Origin: an uncultured Sulfurospirillum sp.
GTDB taxonomy: Bacteria; Campylobacterota; Campylobacteria; Campylobacterales; Sulfurospirillaceae
Assembly (NCBI GenBank): GCA_964407605.1
Contig: CAYOWG010000001.1
Location: 1-41,700, forward strand
Direction of reading: 5' to 3'
DNA: 41,700 nucleotides
Part shown: in pieces, positions 9,281 through 20,191 of the stretch
Layout of the letters: every line of letters starts with the position of its first letter
Position numbering within the stretch: position 1 is the stretch's first letter
The notes under the pieces: model-generated
What the model was told of the DNA's origin: nothing
Database searches by the model: none
Seen by the model: the letters and a program-made list of their open reading frames with translations, nothing else
Translations under genes and position numbers: made by a program

Positions 9281-11065
9281 CTACTTTATGTATCCCATCT
9301 CTAAAAGCTTATCATAGATTTTAGAGATGACTCCTCCTGCTGCTTGACCACCGTGTCCACCGTGCTCTACCATAACTGTCACAACATACTGGGGATCTTT
9401 ATAGGGTCCATAAGTTGTAAACCAAGCGTGAGAGCGATGATAATGCTTGAGCTCACTCTCTTTCATGCGTATTTTTTGATCTTGAGGTATGCCAACAACT
9501 TGAGCAGTTCCAGTCTTCCCCGCGATATCTACCTTGGTTTTAATATGCCTATGACCTGTTCCTTCAGGGTGAGATATTACCTCTCTCATTGCTTTTCTTA
9601 TTAGAGGTAGATTTTTCTTTTGATTAGGTGATAAAATATCTTTTTTCCCAAACTCGACATTTAATCCAGCAACATTTTGTATAAAATGTGGTGTTATGCT
9701 ATAGCCAGTTGCTAATAGTGCAGTATGTCTTGCTACTTGCAGAGGTGTAGATAAAAAATAGCCCTGACCGATTGAGCTAATTAAAGTTTCTCCTTGATAC
9801 CAAGGTTTTTGAAATTTATCCCTCTTCCATGACCTGCTTGGTACAGTTCCAATAAACTCATTAGGTAAATCTACGCCTGTCTTTGTTGCAAACCCAAGAT
9901 CAATAAGAACAGGAGCAATACGCTTAATACCCACCTTTAAGCTAGTTTTATAAAAGTAGTCATCACAACTCTCTCTGATTGCTTTTATAAGATTAGTTTT
10001 TCCGTGTCCATGTTTTTTCCAACATCGAAAATTTCTGCCGCCTAGTTCAAAATTGCTAGTACAATAATGACTAGTTCTAGTCGTGACTAGTCCTGTATCT
10101 AAAAGTGCCAATGCTACGCCCATCTTAACAACTGAACCAGGAGGATACAATCCACTTATTAGTTTATTTGTAAATGGATTATTAAAATCATTTGAAAGCT
10201 TTTTCCACTCTTTGTGACTAATACCAGTAACAAACTGATTTAAGTTGTATTCAGGAAAACTGCCAGCTGCTAATATCTTTCCATTTTTTGCATTCATAAC
10301 TATAATGGCACCATTTTTACCTTCAAATACTTCTGCAATATACTGTTGTAGCTCCAAATCAATACTAATTGTAATATCATGACTTACTGGTAGTTTTTTA
10401 TCTATTACTTCTAGTTCTTCATTGAAAGCAGTCACTTTTGTTCTTTTTATACCTTTTTTGCCTTGTAAAACTGAGTTATAATACTTCTCTATACCAGTCC
10501 TACCAACATATCCTGTTAGTTTTGCTATAGGATTTTCTTGCTCGTCTCTTAAGTTTGCTTTTGCTACATATCCTATAACATGTGATGCAAGATTTCCATA
10601 TGGATAGTAGCGCTCAGTTGCAATTTCTATCTCCAGATTTGCTCTCAATGAGAGTTTTGAAAATTTTGAAATAAAGTCATCGTGAGAGATAAAATCAATA
10701 ATCTTAACATAATCATGAGAATATAAAGAATCTCTTTTAAAATACCTTTTTTTTAATTTTTTTTCATCTAACCCTTTTATGTTTTCAATTAAAAAATCTA
10801 TCTCTTCTTGCAAAATTTCTTTTTTTCTTGAGCTGCTTAGATGAGGTTTTATAGCTATACTAAAACCTAGTTTATTTACTGATAATGGTCGTCCATGCCT
10901 GTCAAGTATCGCACCTCTAAAAGGAGGTAAATCTTTAACTTTTGTTGCATTTTGTTTTGCCATCTCTTCATAATATGTATTTGATTTGATACTAATGTGG
11001 TATATTTTTACTAATAAAACTATCCAAAAAGCAAAAAAAGCAAAAAGCAAAAATCTTATTCTCAT
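9281..11065 (-). CDS. mrdA: Penicillin-binding protein 2 (class B transpeptidase)
   Basis: N-terminal TM, RGAILDR, and catalytic motifs SVVK, SCD, KTG. Confidence 0.96.
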   Translation of the reverse strand: MRIRFLLFAFFAFWIVLLVKIYHISIKSNTYYEEMAKQNATKVKDLPPFRGAILDRHGRPLSVNKLGFSIAIKPHLSSSRKKEILQEEIDFLIENIKGLDEKKLKKRYFKRDSLYSHDYVKIIDFISHDDFISKFSKLSLRANLEIEIATERYYPYGNLASHVIGYVAKANLRDEQENPIAKLTGYVGRTGIEKYYNSVLQGKKGIKRTKVTAFNEELEVIDKKLPVSHDITISIDLELQQYIAEVFEGKNGAIIVMNAKNGKILAAGSFPEYNLNQFVTGISHKEWKKLSNDFNNPFTNKLISGLYPPGSVVKMGVALALLDTGLVTTRTSHYCTSNFELGGRNFRCWKKHGHGKTNLIKAIRESCDDYFYKTSLKVGIKRIAPVLIDLGFATKTGVDLPNEFIGTVPSRSWKRDKFQKPWYQGETLISSIGQGYFLSTPLQVARHTALLATGYSITPHFIQNVAGLNVEFGKKDILSPNQKKNLPLIRKAMREVISHPEGTGHRHIKTKVDIAGKTGTAQVVGIPQDQKIRMKESELKHYHRSHAWFTTYGPYKDPQYVVTVMVEHGGHGGQAAGGVISKIYDKLLEMGYIK

Positions 11066-11532
11066 ATTTTACCCCTAAATAGTATAATTGATACCAGTAT
11101 ATCTAGAATTATATAATAAAAATACTCCTGCGAAAAGTATGGCAAATCTTGATTTAAAACATATGCTATAAAAACATTTAGAAAAAAATGTCCGAGGTAA
11201 GCAACTGTAACATATATGGCTATAACACAACTATTGCAAATAATAAAATTTCTAATTTTTTCTAGAAAAAAATAATAAAAAAACATTACAAATAAAATAG
11301 ATGAAAAAAGATAAAATCCTTTATTTAAATCATATATACTCAAATATGCAAAAGAAAGATATATGTAAAGTCTACTTTTATCATTTTCAAAATTTATAAC
11401 TATATAAGAAAAAAATACACCTACAAATAGTGGTAAAAAGGTATAAAGAGAGCTTAAAGCTTGGTAAAAAACCAGTCCTAAACAAACAAAAAGAAGCCTC
11501 AGATAGTTTTGATTAGTGCTATTTCGTCGCAT
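11062..11532 (-). CDS. Small polytopic membrane protein coupled to mrdA (possible divergent MreD)
   Basis: 156 aa, about 5 hydrophobic segments, 4-bp overlap with the mrdA start. Confidence 0.75.
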   Translation of the reverse strand: MRRNSTNQNYLRLLFVCLGLVFYQALSSLYTFLPLFVGVFFSYIVINFENDKSRLYIYLSFAYLSIYDLNKGFYLFSSILFVMFFYYFFLEKIRNFIICNSCVIAIYVTVAYLGHFFLNVFIAYVLNQDLPYFSQEYFYYIILDILVSIILFRGKI

Positions 11533-11960
11533 ATCGGAAAGCGCTTACATTTAATACAGTCAGCCCAGATTTTATGAGCTGGTAGTGACTCTTTTGGAAT
11601 CTCGCGAAAACCAATTGACTCAAAAAAATTCTGTTCATATGTGAGAGCGAAAATCTTCTCAACTCCTAGTTTTTTTCCCTCATCTAGCATCTTCTTAACC
11701 ATATTTTTTCCAATCCCCTCGCCTCTGCATGTATCTGAAACTATAAGACTTCTTATCTCTCCTAAATCATGAGCATGAAAATGAAGTGCACCAAAACCAA
11801 CTATAACATTTTCCTTTTTGACAACTATATATGAACGGATATTGGTTGCCATTTCATCAGAGCTTCTAAAAAGAATCGTTCCTTTTTTTACTTCATCAAA
11901 AACCAAGTCTTGCATCTCTGCAATGTCTTTAAGACTTGCTTTTTTATATTCAATCAACAT
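11499..11960 (-). CDS. GNAT N-acetyltransferase, short N-acetylglutamate synthase (ArgA)-like
   Basis: EIRSL, RGEGIG acetyl-CoA loop, FALTY, and C-terminal KIWADCIKC-x4-CDE. Confidence 0.85.
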   Translation of the reverse strand: MLIEYKKASLKDIAEMQDLVFDEVKKGTILFRSSDEMATNIRSYIVVKKENVIVGFGALHFHAHDLGEIRSLIVSDTCRGEGIGKNMVKKMLDEGKKLGVEKIFALTYEQNFFESIGFREIPKESLPAHKIWADCIKCKRFPICDEIALIKTI

Positions 11961-12555
11961 CTACCCCAAACAGTGCATTAAATATTTCATCTATTGTTTT
12001 TTGTATGCCTTTTGCGCTTAAGCTTGAAACCATAATACAATTTGGGTATATCTTCTTCAACGCACTTACATCTTTTTGCTTTAGCTTGTCAGCCTTAGTA
12101 AATACAAGCAGTATCTTTTGATCAGCTCTTTTTATCTCATGAAGATAAGTTGAAACCTCTTTATCTATCTCAAGATTAGGGTGTCTTGAATCAACCAAAT
12201 GAACAAAAAGCCTTATTGATATCCTCTCTTGTATAAACTGAGTTAAGTTTCTTTGCCACTCGTGTTTTATAGATTTAGAAACTCTTGCATATCCAAATCC
12301 TGGAAGATCAACCAATCTTGCAGAAAAATCTTCGCCATCTTTTTTAAACTTGATATCAAAAAAGTTTATAAGCCTTGTCTTTCCTGGCGTTGAAGAGCTT
12401 TTTGCTAAACCCTTTCTTTTTGTTAGGGCATTTATAATAGAGCTCTTACCAACATTGCTACGTCCTATAAAAGCAACTTCACTCATATCATCTGGTAAAA
12501 GCTGTTCAATAGTTTGAGCAGATTTGACAAAAACTGCCTCTTTTATAATAATCAT
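11950..12555 (-). CDS. yihA: Ribosome biogenesis GTP-binding protein YihA/YsxC (EngB)
   Basis: GRSNVGKSS, PGKT, DLPG, TKAD. Confidence 0.96.
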   Translation of the reverse strand: MIIIKEAVFVKSAQTIEQLLPDDMSEVAFIGRSNVGKSSIINALTKRKGLAKSSSTPGKTRLINFFDIKFKKDGEDFSARLVDLPGFGYARVSKSIKHEWQRNLTQFIQERISIRLFVHLVDSRHPNLEIDKEVSTYLHEIKRADQKILLVFTKADKLKQKDVSALKKIYPNCIMVSSLSAKGIQKTIDEIFNALFGVDVD

Positions 12556-13013
12556 CTCTTCTTTTCTTCTGTTTTAAATATAAGCTTAACTGGCTTCTTT
12601 CCATCACTTTCGACCTCATAACGACCCGTTTCTTGATTTACAAAAATCTTATCGCCATATATTTTTCTATTACTTACTTTTTCATGTAAAAAAGCATTTT
12701 TTATCAAAGTGTATTTATTATTAATTGGATCATAAATCATCACATTAGCTCTACCAAAATATATTTTATCTTCCATAATCATATCAATCGAAGCATTACC
12801 CGTTGCAGTATATTTTAAAGGCTGTCTGTTGCTATCAAAGTTAACCACTATCTTGTCTGCTTCTAGCCTATCTTTTCCTTTTATAATTACTACGCTACCG
12901 GTAAACTCTGTTATCTGCTTTTTCTCATCAGCAAAAAACTTATCTGCTGTTATCTCGACCATTTCGGCACTCAAAAAACCAACTAAACTAAGTATTGTTA
13001 ATAATATTTTCAC
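12552..13013 (-). CDS. lptA: LPS transport periplasmic protein LptA
   Basis: Signal peptide, beta-jellyroll pattern (ITAD, FTGSV, ATGN), position after kdsC-lptC. Confidence 0.9.
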   Translation of the reverse strand: MKILLTILSLVGFLSAEMVEITADKFFADEKKQITEFTGSVVIIKGKDRLEADKIVVNFDSNRQPLKYTATGNASIDMIMEDKIYFGRANVMIYDPINNKYTLIKNAFLHEKVSNRKIYGDKIFVNQETGRYEVESDGKKPVKLIFKTEEKKR

Positions 13014-13537
13014 TTCTTATTTACCTCTATTTTTGATCTAATTTTCTTCGCATATATCTTCTCTTCTTTAGTCATATATATCATCGATGCACCTTTTGTA
13101 ATGCTTCTGTTATCTTCTAAAACAAAATCGCTGTCTGTTTTAAATACTTTTGATTTTAAGTTATAGTCTGCTTGTTCTGATCTAAATCTTACACTATTAC
13201 TATTTTCATAACGGACATTTCCCTTTAGGCTTAAATTATCGCCGACCAAAACTCCGCTATCAGCTCTTAAGTTCTCCAATAAACCTTCATTGGATTTTCT
13301 AACTGCATCTATATCGTAAAACTCATCTCTATTTGTAAATCTTAAAACTTTTGTTCCCTTGATTATATGCTCTATTCCACTATTTACTATAGAATAACTA
13401 GTCATTCCAAGTATTTTCATACTCGCTTCACTCTTATCTACTTTAGCTAATTCAATAACGAAAGGTTTTTTATAAAGCAAAAATAGAGCTATAAAAACAA
13501 AAGCAATTAGGAAGTAATATAAAAATTTTACAGCCAA
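13010..13537 (-). CDS. lptC: LPS export protein LptC
   Basis: N-terminal TM anchor, LKGNV beta-jellyroll pattern, kdsC-lptC-lptA synteny. Confidence 0.8.
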   Translation of the reverse strand: MAVKFLYYFLIAFVFIALFLLYKKPFVIELAKVDKSEASMKILGMTSYSIVNSGIEHIIKGTKVLRFTNRDEFYDIDAVRKSNEGLLENLRADSGVLVGDNLSLKGNVRYENSNSVRFRSEQADYNLKSKVFKTDSDFVLEDNRSITKGASMIYMTKEEKIYAKKIRSKIEVNKK

Positions 13538-14022
13538 AGCTTTAAAAATTCCTTTTCTAGCCCTTCTTTTTTTACTATCATATCTATCATCTCTCTAGCA
13601 GCCCCTCTTCCTCCGCCTTTGCTCAAAACAGTCTTAACGCTGTTCTTTATAAACTCGATACCATCACTTGGAGCAAACGACCATCCTACACTCTCAAGCA
13701 TAGTAAAGTCGTTTAAGTCATCACCTAAAGCAGCAACATTTTCCAAAGATAAATTTTCCTCTTTTAGTATCTTTGCTAAGAGCATCTTTTTATCTTTAAT
13801 TCCCTGATAAAGGTGAGTTATATTTAGCTCTTTTGCTCGTCTCTGCACGATTTTAGAGTTTCTTCCAGTTATAATCGCACTTTTTAGACCCAATCTACTC
13901 CAAGAAGCTATCGCTAATCCATCTTTTACATTAAAAAGCTTATATTCATTTTGATTGCTTCCATAGATGATGCTACCATCAGTCAAGCACCCATCCACAT
14001 CAAAAACTAAAAGTTTTATCAC
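13528..14022 (-). CDS. kdsC: KDO 8-phosphate phosphatase (HAD)
   Basis: DVDGCLTDG, FNVKDG, GDDLND, GGRGAARE. Confidence 0.95.
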   Translation of the reverse strand: MIKLLVFDVDGCLTDGSIIYGSNQNEYKLFNVKDGLAIASWSRLGLKSAIITGRNSKIVQRRAKELNITHLYQGIKDKKMLLAKILKEENLSLENVAALGDDLNDFTMLESVGWSFAPSDGIEFIKNSVKTVLSKGGGRGAAREMIDMIVKKEGLEKEFLKLWL

Positions 14023-14591
14023 AATATACCCTTTGTACTAGGAACTCCAACTCTGTCATTTTTTTGTATTGAGCGACGCAGTGCCACTGCAAAAGATTTA
14101 AAAACCGCTTCAAGAATATGGTGCCTATTTTTACCTCGTTTACACTCTACATGTAGCGTCAAACCAGCACTGCTTACAACTGCTCTAAAAAACTCCTCTG
14201 CAAGCTCCACATCAAACTCTCCAACTTTTCCTGAAAGCTCAACATCATACACAAGATAGGCACGATTACTCAAGTCCAAACAACTCTCCACCGCAGCCTC
14301 ATCCATAACAACAACAGCATTTGAGTATCTCTCAACGCTCTTTATCGGATACAAAGCCTCTCTTAGAGCTTGACCTATCACTATGCCAACATCCTCAACA
14401 CTATGATGAAAGTCTATATGCGTATCACCCTTACATGTAAGGTTTAAATCCACCAAAGAGTGCTTTGAAAAAGCCTCTAGCATATGGTCAAAGAAACCAA
14501 TGCCTGTTGATATGCTCGACTTACCACTACCATAAAGCTCTAACTCCACAGATATATCTGTCTCTTTTGTTTTTCTCTCTATCTTTATCAT
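14019..14591 (-). CDS. hisB: Imidazoleglycerol-phosphate dehydratase (monofunctional)
   Basis: R-x-TKET, FFDHML, HHSVED, NRHH, PSTKG. Confidence 0.97.
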   Translation of the reverse strand: MIKIERKTKETDISVELELYGSGKSSISTGIGFFDHMLEAFSKHSLVDLNLTCKGDTHIDFHHSVEDVGIVIGQALREALYPIKSVERYSNAVVVMDEAAVESCLDLSNRAYLVYDVELSGKVGEFDVELAEEFFRAVVSSAGLTLHVECKRGKNRHHILEAVFKSFAVALRRSIQKNDRVGVPSTKGIL

Positions 14592-14593
14592 TA

Positions 14594-15391
14594 TTACTCT
14601 CTTACTATAAATGAGCCACTAAACCCATCTTTTGATTTATAATCTCTTGCTTCATCTTCACTCTTAAAGCCAGTCAAAAATACTCTATACAAAGGCTGAC
14701 CATCTTTATCTCCAACAACAACTTTCGAGTTATATCTACCTTTAGTTTGAGTGTATCTTTTAGCATAACTATATGCTCCATCTTTGTTTCTAAATGCACC
14801 AATTTGAACTGCAAAATTTCCTAGTACAACACTTTTTACACTTCTGTGCGAACTTCCAACAACTCCATTGAACCCTATAACCTCAATACGAACTGGAGCG
14901 GTACCTTTCTTTATCATATCTATTCTATGGGCTGCTTGTTTTGAGAGGTCAATGATTCTTGATTTAACAAAAGGACCTCTGTCATTTATTCTTACTACTA
15001 TCTGCTTGTTATTTTCAAGATTTGTAACTCTAAGCATAGTGTTCATAGGTAGTGTTTTATGAGCTGCGGTCATGGCATACATATTGTATCGCTCACCATT
15101 TGATGTAAGCTTATTGTGAAACTTTGGTCCATACCAGCTTGCTATTCCGCTAAAAGCGTCGCCTATACTCACTTTCGTTGGATAATATTTTTTTCCTAAT
15201 ACAGTGTATGGTCGCATTGTAGCTCTGTGCATATTTTTTGAGTTTTTCATATTTCCATCTTGAGTCTGTGTAGTAGTTTTCTTACTAGCTCCAGAACTGC
15301 CACTATGTACATACTGACGACTAGAGCATCCACTAAAAACAAGCACGGCAAGTAAAAATATAAAAGTTCTAATAAGCATACGGTATAACAA
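14594..15391 (-). CDS. rlpA: Septal ring lytic transglycosylase RlpA lipoprotein
   Basis: Lipobox [24 protein letters not shown], and C-terminal SPOR domain (VQIGAF). Confidence 0.95.
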   Translation of the reverse strand: MLYRMLIRTFIFLLAVLVFSGCSSRQYVHSGSSGASKKTTTQTQDGNMKNSKNMHRATMRPYTVLGKKYYPTKVSIGDAFSGIASWYGPKFHNKLTSNGERYNMYAMTAAHKTLPMNTMLRVTNLENNKQIVVRINDRGPFVKSRIIDLSKQAAHRIDMIKKGTAPVRIEVIGFNGVVGSSHRSVKSVVLGNFAVQIGAFRNKDGAYSYAKRYTQTKGRYNSKVVVGDKDGQPLYRVFLTGFKSEDEARDYKSKDGFSGSFIVRE

Positions 15392-16586
15392 TCTTATCTC
15401 CCGCTACTATAATTGAGTTTTTCTTACTATTTATACTCATTATTTTATCTATGCTTATATTGAATTTCTGTGATATCTTCCCTATAGTATCGCCTTTTTT
15501 TATAGTATAGCTTCTAGTTTTTGGCTTTAACACAGGAATAACCAAAGTCTTATTTACTCTTAGCGTATTTGATTTTAATCCATTGAAGTCTTTGATGATT
15601 TTATAAGATACGCCATATCTCTTGCCTATTTTATAGAGAGAATCTCCTTTTTTGATTTTATGAACATAAAAACTTCCATTATCTCTTTTTTGGTCAAAAT
15701 TTTTCGCAAATACAGCTTGTTTAGCATAAGGAATATAAAGATGATATGTGCCTTTTCTAGGAGGAGTAAAGCCATAATTTAAGTGAGGATTATAAGATTT
15801 TATCTCCTTATATGACATGCCTACACTATGAGCAACATTTTCAAGCGTAGTGCCGCCCTTTACCTCTACCTTGGCAAATGTGTGGGTTGAGCCTCTATTC
15901 ATAAGATACCCTGCATCGTGCCCAACTATAAAGTCTTTACTGTTAGACAGATACTCCATCATCATTATTTTTCTTATATATCTTCTGCTCTCTCTTGGGA
16001 TATATTTTTTATTTTTATCAAGAAGCACTGCAAGGTCATCAGTACCAGCTCTCTTGATAGCCTTACTCAAACACCCCTCTCCACAGTTGTAGGCAATGGC
16101 TGCAAGATACCACTTATCAAATCTCTCGTGAAGGTATTTTAGATATTTTATGGCTGCTTCAGTTGATTTAATAGGGTCTCTTCTCTCATCAACATACATG
16201 TCTATCTCTAAACCAAACTTTCTAGCAGTATATGGCATAAACTGCCAAATACCTGCGGCTTTTGCTTTTGAATACGCACTTGGTTTAAAATTTGACTCAG
16301 CCATTGCAAGATATAAAAAAGCATCAGGAATCTCTGCCTCTTTTAGCATACTTCTTAAGACTGGTATAAATCTATTGCTATTTTCTAACACTCTTAAAAA
16401 GTGTTTTGTCTTATATCTATTGCTATCATTTTTCATATTGATAAAAAGAAGATCAGTCATAAAAGTTGGGTCGATATCAAGACTTTTTAGAGCTTTTGCC
16501 TGTTCACGATAATTTGTATCTGTACTTAAAAATGCATTTGCACTTTGAATCAGTATAAAAAATAGTATAAAAATTCTAAACAACAT
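15369..16586 (-). CDS. mltD: Lytic murein transglycosylase D with LysM domains
   Basis: AES, GIWQFMP, DERRDP, AYNCG, and two clear C-terminal LysM repeats. Confidence 0.92.
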   Translation of the reverse strand: MLFRIFILFFILIQSANAFLSTDTNYREQAKALKSLDIDPTFMTDLLFINMKNDSNRYKTKHFLRVLENSNRFIPVLRSMLKEAEIPDAFLYLAMAESNFKPSAYSKAKAAGIWQFMPYTARKFGLEIDMYVDERRDPIKSTEAAIKYLKYLHERFDKWYLAAIAYNCGEGCLSKAIKRAGTDDLAVLLDKNKKYIPRESRRYIRKIMMMEYLSNSKDFIVGHDAGYLMNRGSTHTFAKVEVKGGTTLENVAHSVGMSYKEIKSYNPHLNYGFTPPRKGTYHLYIPYAKQAVFAKNFDQKRDNGSFYVHKIKKGDSLYKIGKRYGVSYKIIKDFNGLKSNTLRVNKTLVIPVLKPKTRSYTIKKGDTIGKISQKFNISIDKIMSINSKKNSIIVAGDKIVIPYAY

Positions 16587-16633
16587 TAGGCTCCCTTAAA
16601 ATAACTTGTTAAAGCTATTATTTTATCCTAACT

Positions 16634-17416
16634 TCACTTTGCAAATTCTTTAAAGAGTCTTTTTGCATTCTTTGTAGTTAAGTTTTCTATCTCTTGGACA
16701 TCTTTATCTAGCAACTCTGCTATCTTTTCTACTACATACCTCGTATATGCAGGCTCATTTCTTTTTCCTCTATAAGGATGTGGAGTCAAGTAAGGAGCAT
16801 CAGTCTCCACTAAAAGTTTCTCTAGTGGGATGTGAGGCAGAACTTCTACTAAGCTCTTTGCATTCTTAAAAGTCAAAACACCACCAATCCCAAAATAAAA
16901 TCCATCATCAGCTAGACTCAAAAGATGCTGACTTGCATTATAGCAGTGCAAAACTCCACCAACCTCTTTAGCGTTACTCTCTTGCAAAACTCTTTTGCTG
17001 TCATCATTTGCATCACGAATATGAACTATGATAGGCTTTTTGACGCTCTTAGCTAGCTCAATATGAAGCCAAAACACCTCTTGTTGTTCAGCTTTTTCTA
17101 CTCTTTTCTCATCTTCATCATCAGGAAGCCTATAATAATCAAGTCCACACTCCCCAACAGCTATACACTTCTCATCTCTCAAAAATCCACGCAAAATCTT
17201 CTCATCATACTGCTTATAGTGATAAGGATGCACACCAGCTGCAAAATATATATTTTCATTTTCACGAGCTATCTTTTGAGCCTTATACAAGTCGTCTATG
17301 TCAGCTCCAGGGATTAAAACTCCCTCAACTCCAACTCTTTTGGCATTTGCTATGACCTCATCTAGGTCTTCACTGTATCTTTCATCATCAAGATGTGCGT
17401 GAGTATCTATAATCAT
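16634..17416 (-). CDS. tatD: TatD family DNase
   Basis: DTHAH, GVHP, GECGLD, ETDAPY, RNEP. Confidence 0.95.
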   Translation of the reverse strand: MIIDTHAHLDDERYSEDLDEVIANAKRVGVEGVLIPGADIDDLYKAQKIARENENIYFAAGVHPYHYKQYDEKILRGFLRDEKCIAVGECGLDYYRLPDDEDEKRVEKAEQQEVFWLHIELAKSVKKPIIVHIRDANDDSKRVLQESNAKEVGGVLHCYNASQHLLSLADDGFYFGIGGVLTFKNAKSLVEVLPHIPLEKLLVETDAPYLTPHPYRGKRNEPAYTRYVVEKIAELLDKDVQEIENLTTKNAKRLFKEFAK

Positions 17417-18660
17417 GGGGCTAACTCTACTCTATTGCGTCCACTATTTTTTGCATTATACAGTGCTGTATCTGCTTGATTTATCATCTCTTCAACTCCG
17501 TCTTCACAACAAAATGAAACACCCATAGAGACTGTATATCTTATCTCGTTGCCCTTTATGCTAAGTACATTTTGAGCTATCTTGAGTCTAAGGCGAACTA
17601 AAAGCTCAACCGCTGAGCTTTTGTCTATATCTTTCAAAAGCACACAAAACTCTTCTCCGCCAAATCTAGCTACTATATCAGACCCTTTAATGCTCTCAGT
17701 TACCAGCCTCACAAGCTCTTTTAACGCCACATCTCCCACATCATACCCATAAGTGTCATTGATATCTTTAAATTTATCTATATCAATCACGGCAAGAGCA
17801 AACTCTTCACCACTACTCTCACACTCTTTCATATAGGACTCTATATCTCTAAAAAAACTCCTTCTGTTTTGTGCTCCTGTTAAAAGGTCTCTATTTGCCA
17901 TATCGCTTATAGTCTCTATATACTCAAGCAACTCTATAGCATTATTGACCCTACAAACTATCTCCTCTTTAGTAAAAGGTTTGTTTATAAAATCATTTGC
18001 CCCAATTTTGAGAAATTTTGAAGATATCATAGCGTCATCACTAGCAGTTATGGCTATGATGCTCATCTGCATCTTTGAGTACTCTTGGCGAAGAGTTTTT
18101 GTAAGCTCAAAGCCATCAATCACTGGCATATTATAATCAGTCAAAACAAGCTTTATATCAGGGTTGTCTTTTATGTAAACAAGAGCCTCTTCCCCATGAG
18201 CAGCCCCAAAAACCTTATACATCTGCAAAGAGAGTATCCGCTTTATCTCATTTCTCATCGTTATAGAATCATCTACAACCATCACTTTATACTCTCTATT
18301 TTTTGAAAGCCTCTCTATAAGCTGAAATATATAATTAACATCGTCCATATTGCCTTTATAAACATAATCTATAACATCTTTTTTGAGCATTTCCTCTCGT
18401 GTTTTTTTATCTACATTTGCAGTTAAGACTATAGAAGGAATCTTTTTGGAGAGCATAAAATCAACCACTTCACCATTAGGAGCATCAGGAAGATTCAAAT
18501 CCAAAAGTGCGATAAAATACTCATTTTCACTAGCAACCATCGCTTGAGCCTCTTTCAAAGAGTGTGCGACATCAACTTCAAAGTCTATATTTTGTGCTAT
18601 CTTTTTTGCTATCAGTTTTGATAACGCTTTATTATCCTCAACTATAAGTATTCTTTCCAT
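17413..18660 (-). CDS. REC-REC-GGDEF response regulator/diguanylate cyclase (CbrR-like)
   Basis: Two receiver domains with phosphoacceptor Asp (LLDLNLP, LTDYNMP), then DLLTG, DIDKFK, RFGGEEF. recN/tatD synteny matches cbrR. Confidence 0.92.
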   Translation of the reverse strand: MERILIVEDNKALSKLIAKKIAQNIDFEVDVAHSLKEAQAMVASENEYFIALLDLNLPDAPNGEVVDFMLSKKIPSIVLTANVDKKTREEMLKKDVIDYVYKGNMDDVNYIFQLIERLSKNREYKVMVVDDSITMRNEIKRILSLQMYKVFGAAHGEEALVYIKDNPDIKLVLTDYNMPVIDGFELTKTLRQEYSKMQMSIIAITASDDAMISSKFLKIGANDFINKPFTKEEIVCRVNNAIELLEYIETISDMANRDLLTGAQNRRSFFRDIESYMKECESSGEEFALAVIDIDKFKDINDTYGYDVGDVALKELVRLVTESIKGSDIVARFGGEEFCVLLKDIDKSSAVELLVRLRLKIAQNVLSIKGNEIRYTVSMGVSFCCEDGVEEMINQADTALYNAKNSGRNRVELAP

Positions 18661-18664
18661 CTAT

Positions 18665-20191
18665 CTACCCCAATAATTTTTTCGCAAACTCAATCGCCTC
18701 GCCACTCACATCTTCGCCACTAACCATACGAGCAAGCTCAACAACACGACTCTCTTCACTCAACAAAACCACCTTGCTACCGCTCTCATCTTTTGTTATC
18801 AAAAAGTGAGAATCAGCTTGAGACGAGAGCTGAGGCTGATGAGATATAGCAAATATCTGATACTTTTTCGATAGTATCTTAAGCACCTTTGCAACACTCA
18901 TAGACTCTTTTCCGCTCAGATTTGCATCTATCTCATCAAGAATTAAAACCCCTCCGCTACTCATAAGATATTCGCTAGAAGTTGCTATGAAAGCTAGACG
19001 AAGCCTGTTATACTCACCTGAACTTATCTTCTTTATATTAACCCTACCAAGCTCTACATGTAAAGAGTCCACACCAAGCTCATAAAGCTCAACTTGACTC
19101 ATAACTATATCTATCTTTGGCATATAAAGCATATCTAAAAAAGAGTCTATTTTAGAGTTTAACTCCCCAAGCGACTCTTTTCTAGCTTTTGAGATTTTCT
19201 TTGATTTTACATCTAGTATCTCTAGCTTCTCCTTACATACAGATATAAGCTTCTCTTTTTCAAAGCTGATGTTGTCATACTCTTCTAGCTCTCTTACTTT
19301 TTGCTCTTTATACTCCAAAGCCTCTTGGATTGAGCCATATCTTGATTTTAAAGCTGATATCTTCTCTATCCTCTCAAGCAGTGCATCCACATCTTGCTCT
19401 TCAAGGTCATTGAGCCTATCTACCTCTTCTTCAATTATGGCTCTGAGCTCATTCATAGACTCATCAAAAAAACTACTGTCTCTCTCAACAAGAGTTAAAA
19501 ACTCGCTCACTCTACTCTCATAAGCAAATATCTCATTAGCCTCACTCGCACTCTCTTCTATCTTCTCTTTTTTTGAAAGTGACCGCTTAAAACTCATAAG
19601 CTCCTCATCTTCGCCGATTTTTGGAGAGATTTCATCTATTTTGGAGATTTCAAACGAAGCAAACTCCTTTAACTCCTCTATCTTTCTCTCTTTTTGTTCT
19701 ATCTTCTCAAGCTTATCTTTTAGTTCTTTATACTCAAAATAGAGCTTTTCAAACTCTGAAACTTCTTCTGCATGTAGAGGTTTTTTCTTTGCTATAAGAG
19801 CATCAAGCACTCTTATAACCCTCTGGTTTTCAAACTCTTCGCTATCTCTAACTGCGAGTGAGCTTAAAAAAGTTTTAGATATCTCTAGCATACTTTTTTT
19901 TGATACACTTCTACCATTTATAAAGTACCTTATTGCTTTCTCTTTTGTATATTTAAAGATATTTATATCATCACTTTGTAAACCAAACTCTTCAAGCCTA
20001 ATACTATCAGTAACCACAGCCTCAACACTACTAGCATTGGCCTCAGCTTGTCCAAATAGCGACAAAATACCCTGCATAAAAACTGATTTTCCAGTTCCAC
20101 TTGGTCCTGTAAAAACTATAAGACCCTCTCCAAAAGTGATGTCAACTTCTTTGAAGGAGAGTTGATTTTTTATTATCAAACGCTCTATCAT
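18665..20191 (-). CDS. recN: DNA repair protein RecN
   Basis: Walker A GPSGTGKS, coiled coil, SSGE signature, LDEID, SHQPQL, ELARM. Confidence 0.93.
   Translation of the reverse strand: MIERLIIKNQLSFKEVDITFGEGLIVFTGPSGTGKSVFMQGILSLFGQAEANASSVEAVVTDSIRLEEFGLQSDDINIFKYTKEKAIRYFINGRSVSKKSMLEISKTFLSSLAVRDSEEFENQRVIRVLDALIAKKKPLHAEEVSEFEKLYFEYKELKDKLEKIEQKERKIEELKEFASFEISKIDEISPKIGEDEELMSFKRSLSKKEKIEESASEANEIFAYESRVSEFLTLVERDSSFFDESMNELRAIIEEEVDRLNDLEEQDVDALLERIEKISALKSRYGSIQEALEYKEQKVRELEEYDNISFEKEKLISVCKEKLEILDVKSKKISKARKESLGELNSKIDSFLDMLYMPKIDIVMSQVELYELGVDSLHVELGRVNIKKISSGEYNRLRLAFIATSSEYLMSSGGVLILDEIDANLSGKESMSVAKVLKILSKKYQIFAISHQPQLSSQADSHFLITKDESGSKVVLLSEESRVVELARMVSGEDVSGEAIEFAKKLLG

Noticed and set aside
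11025-11053. CAAAAAG-type short repeats at the mrdA 5' end
   Set aside because: They simply encode the Phe/Ala-rich TM anchor (FLLFAFFAFW), and the frame is intact.
8341-14022. YrbG-like antiporter near kdsC-lptC-lptA as in the E. coli yrbG operon
   Set aside because: It is on the opposite strand and separated by four genes, so probably coincidental.
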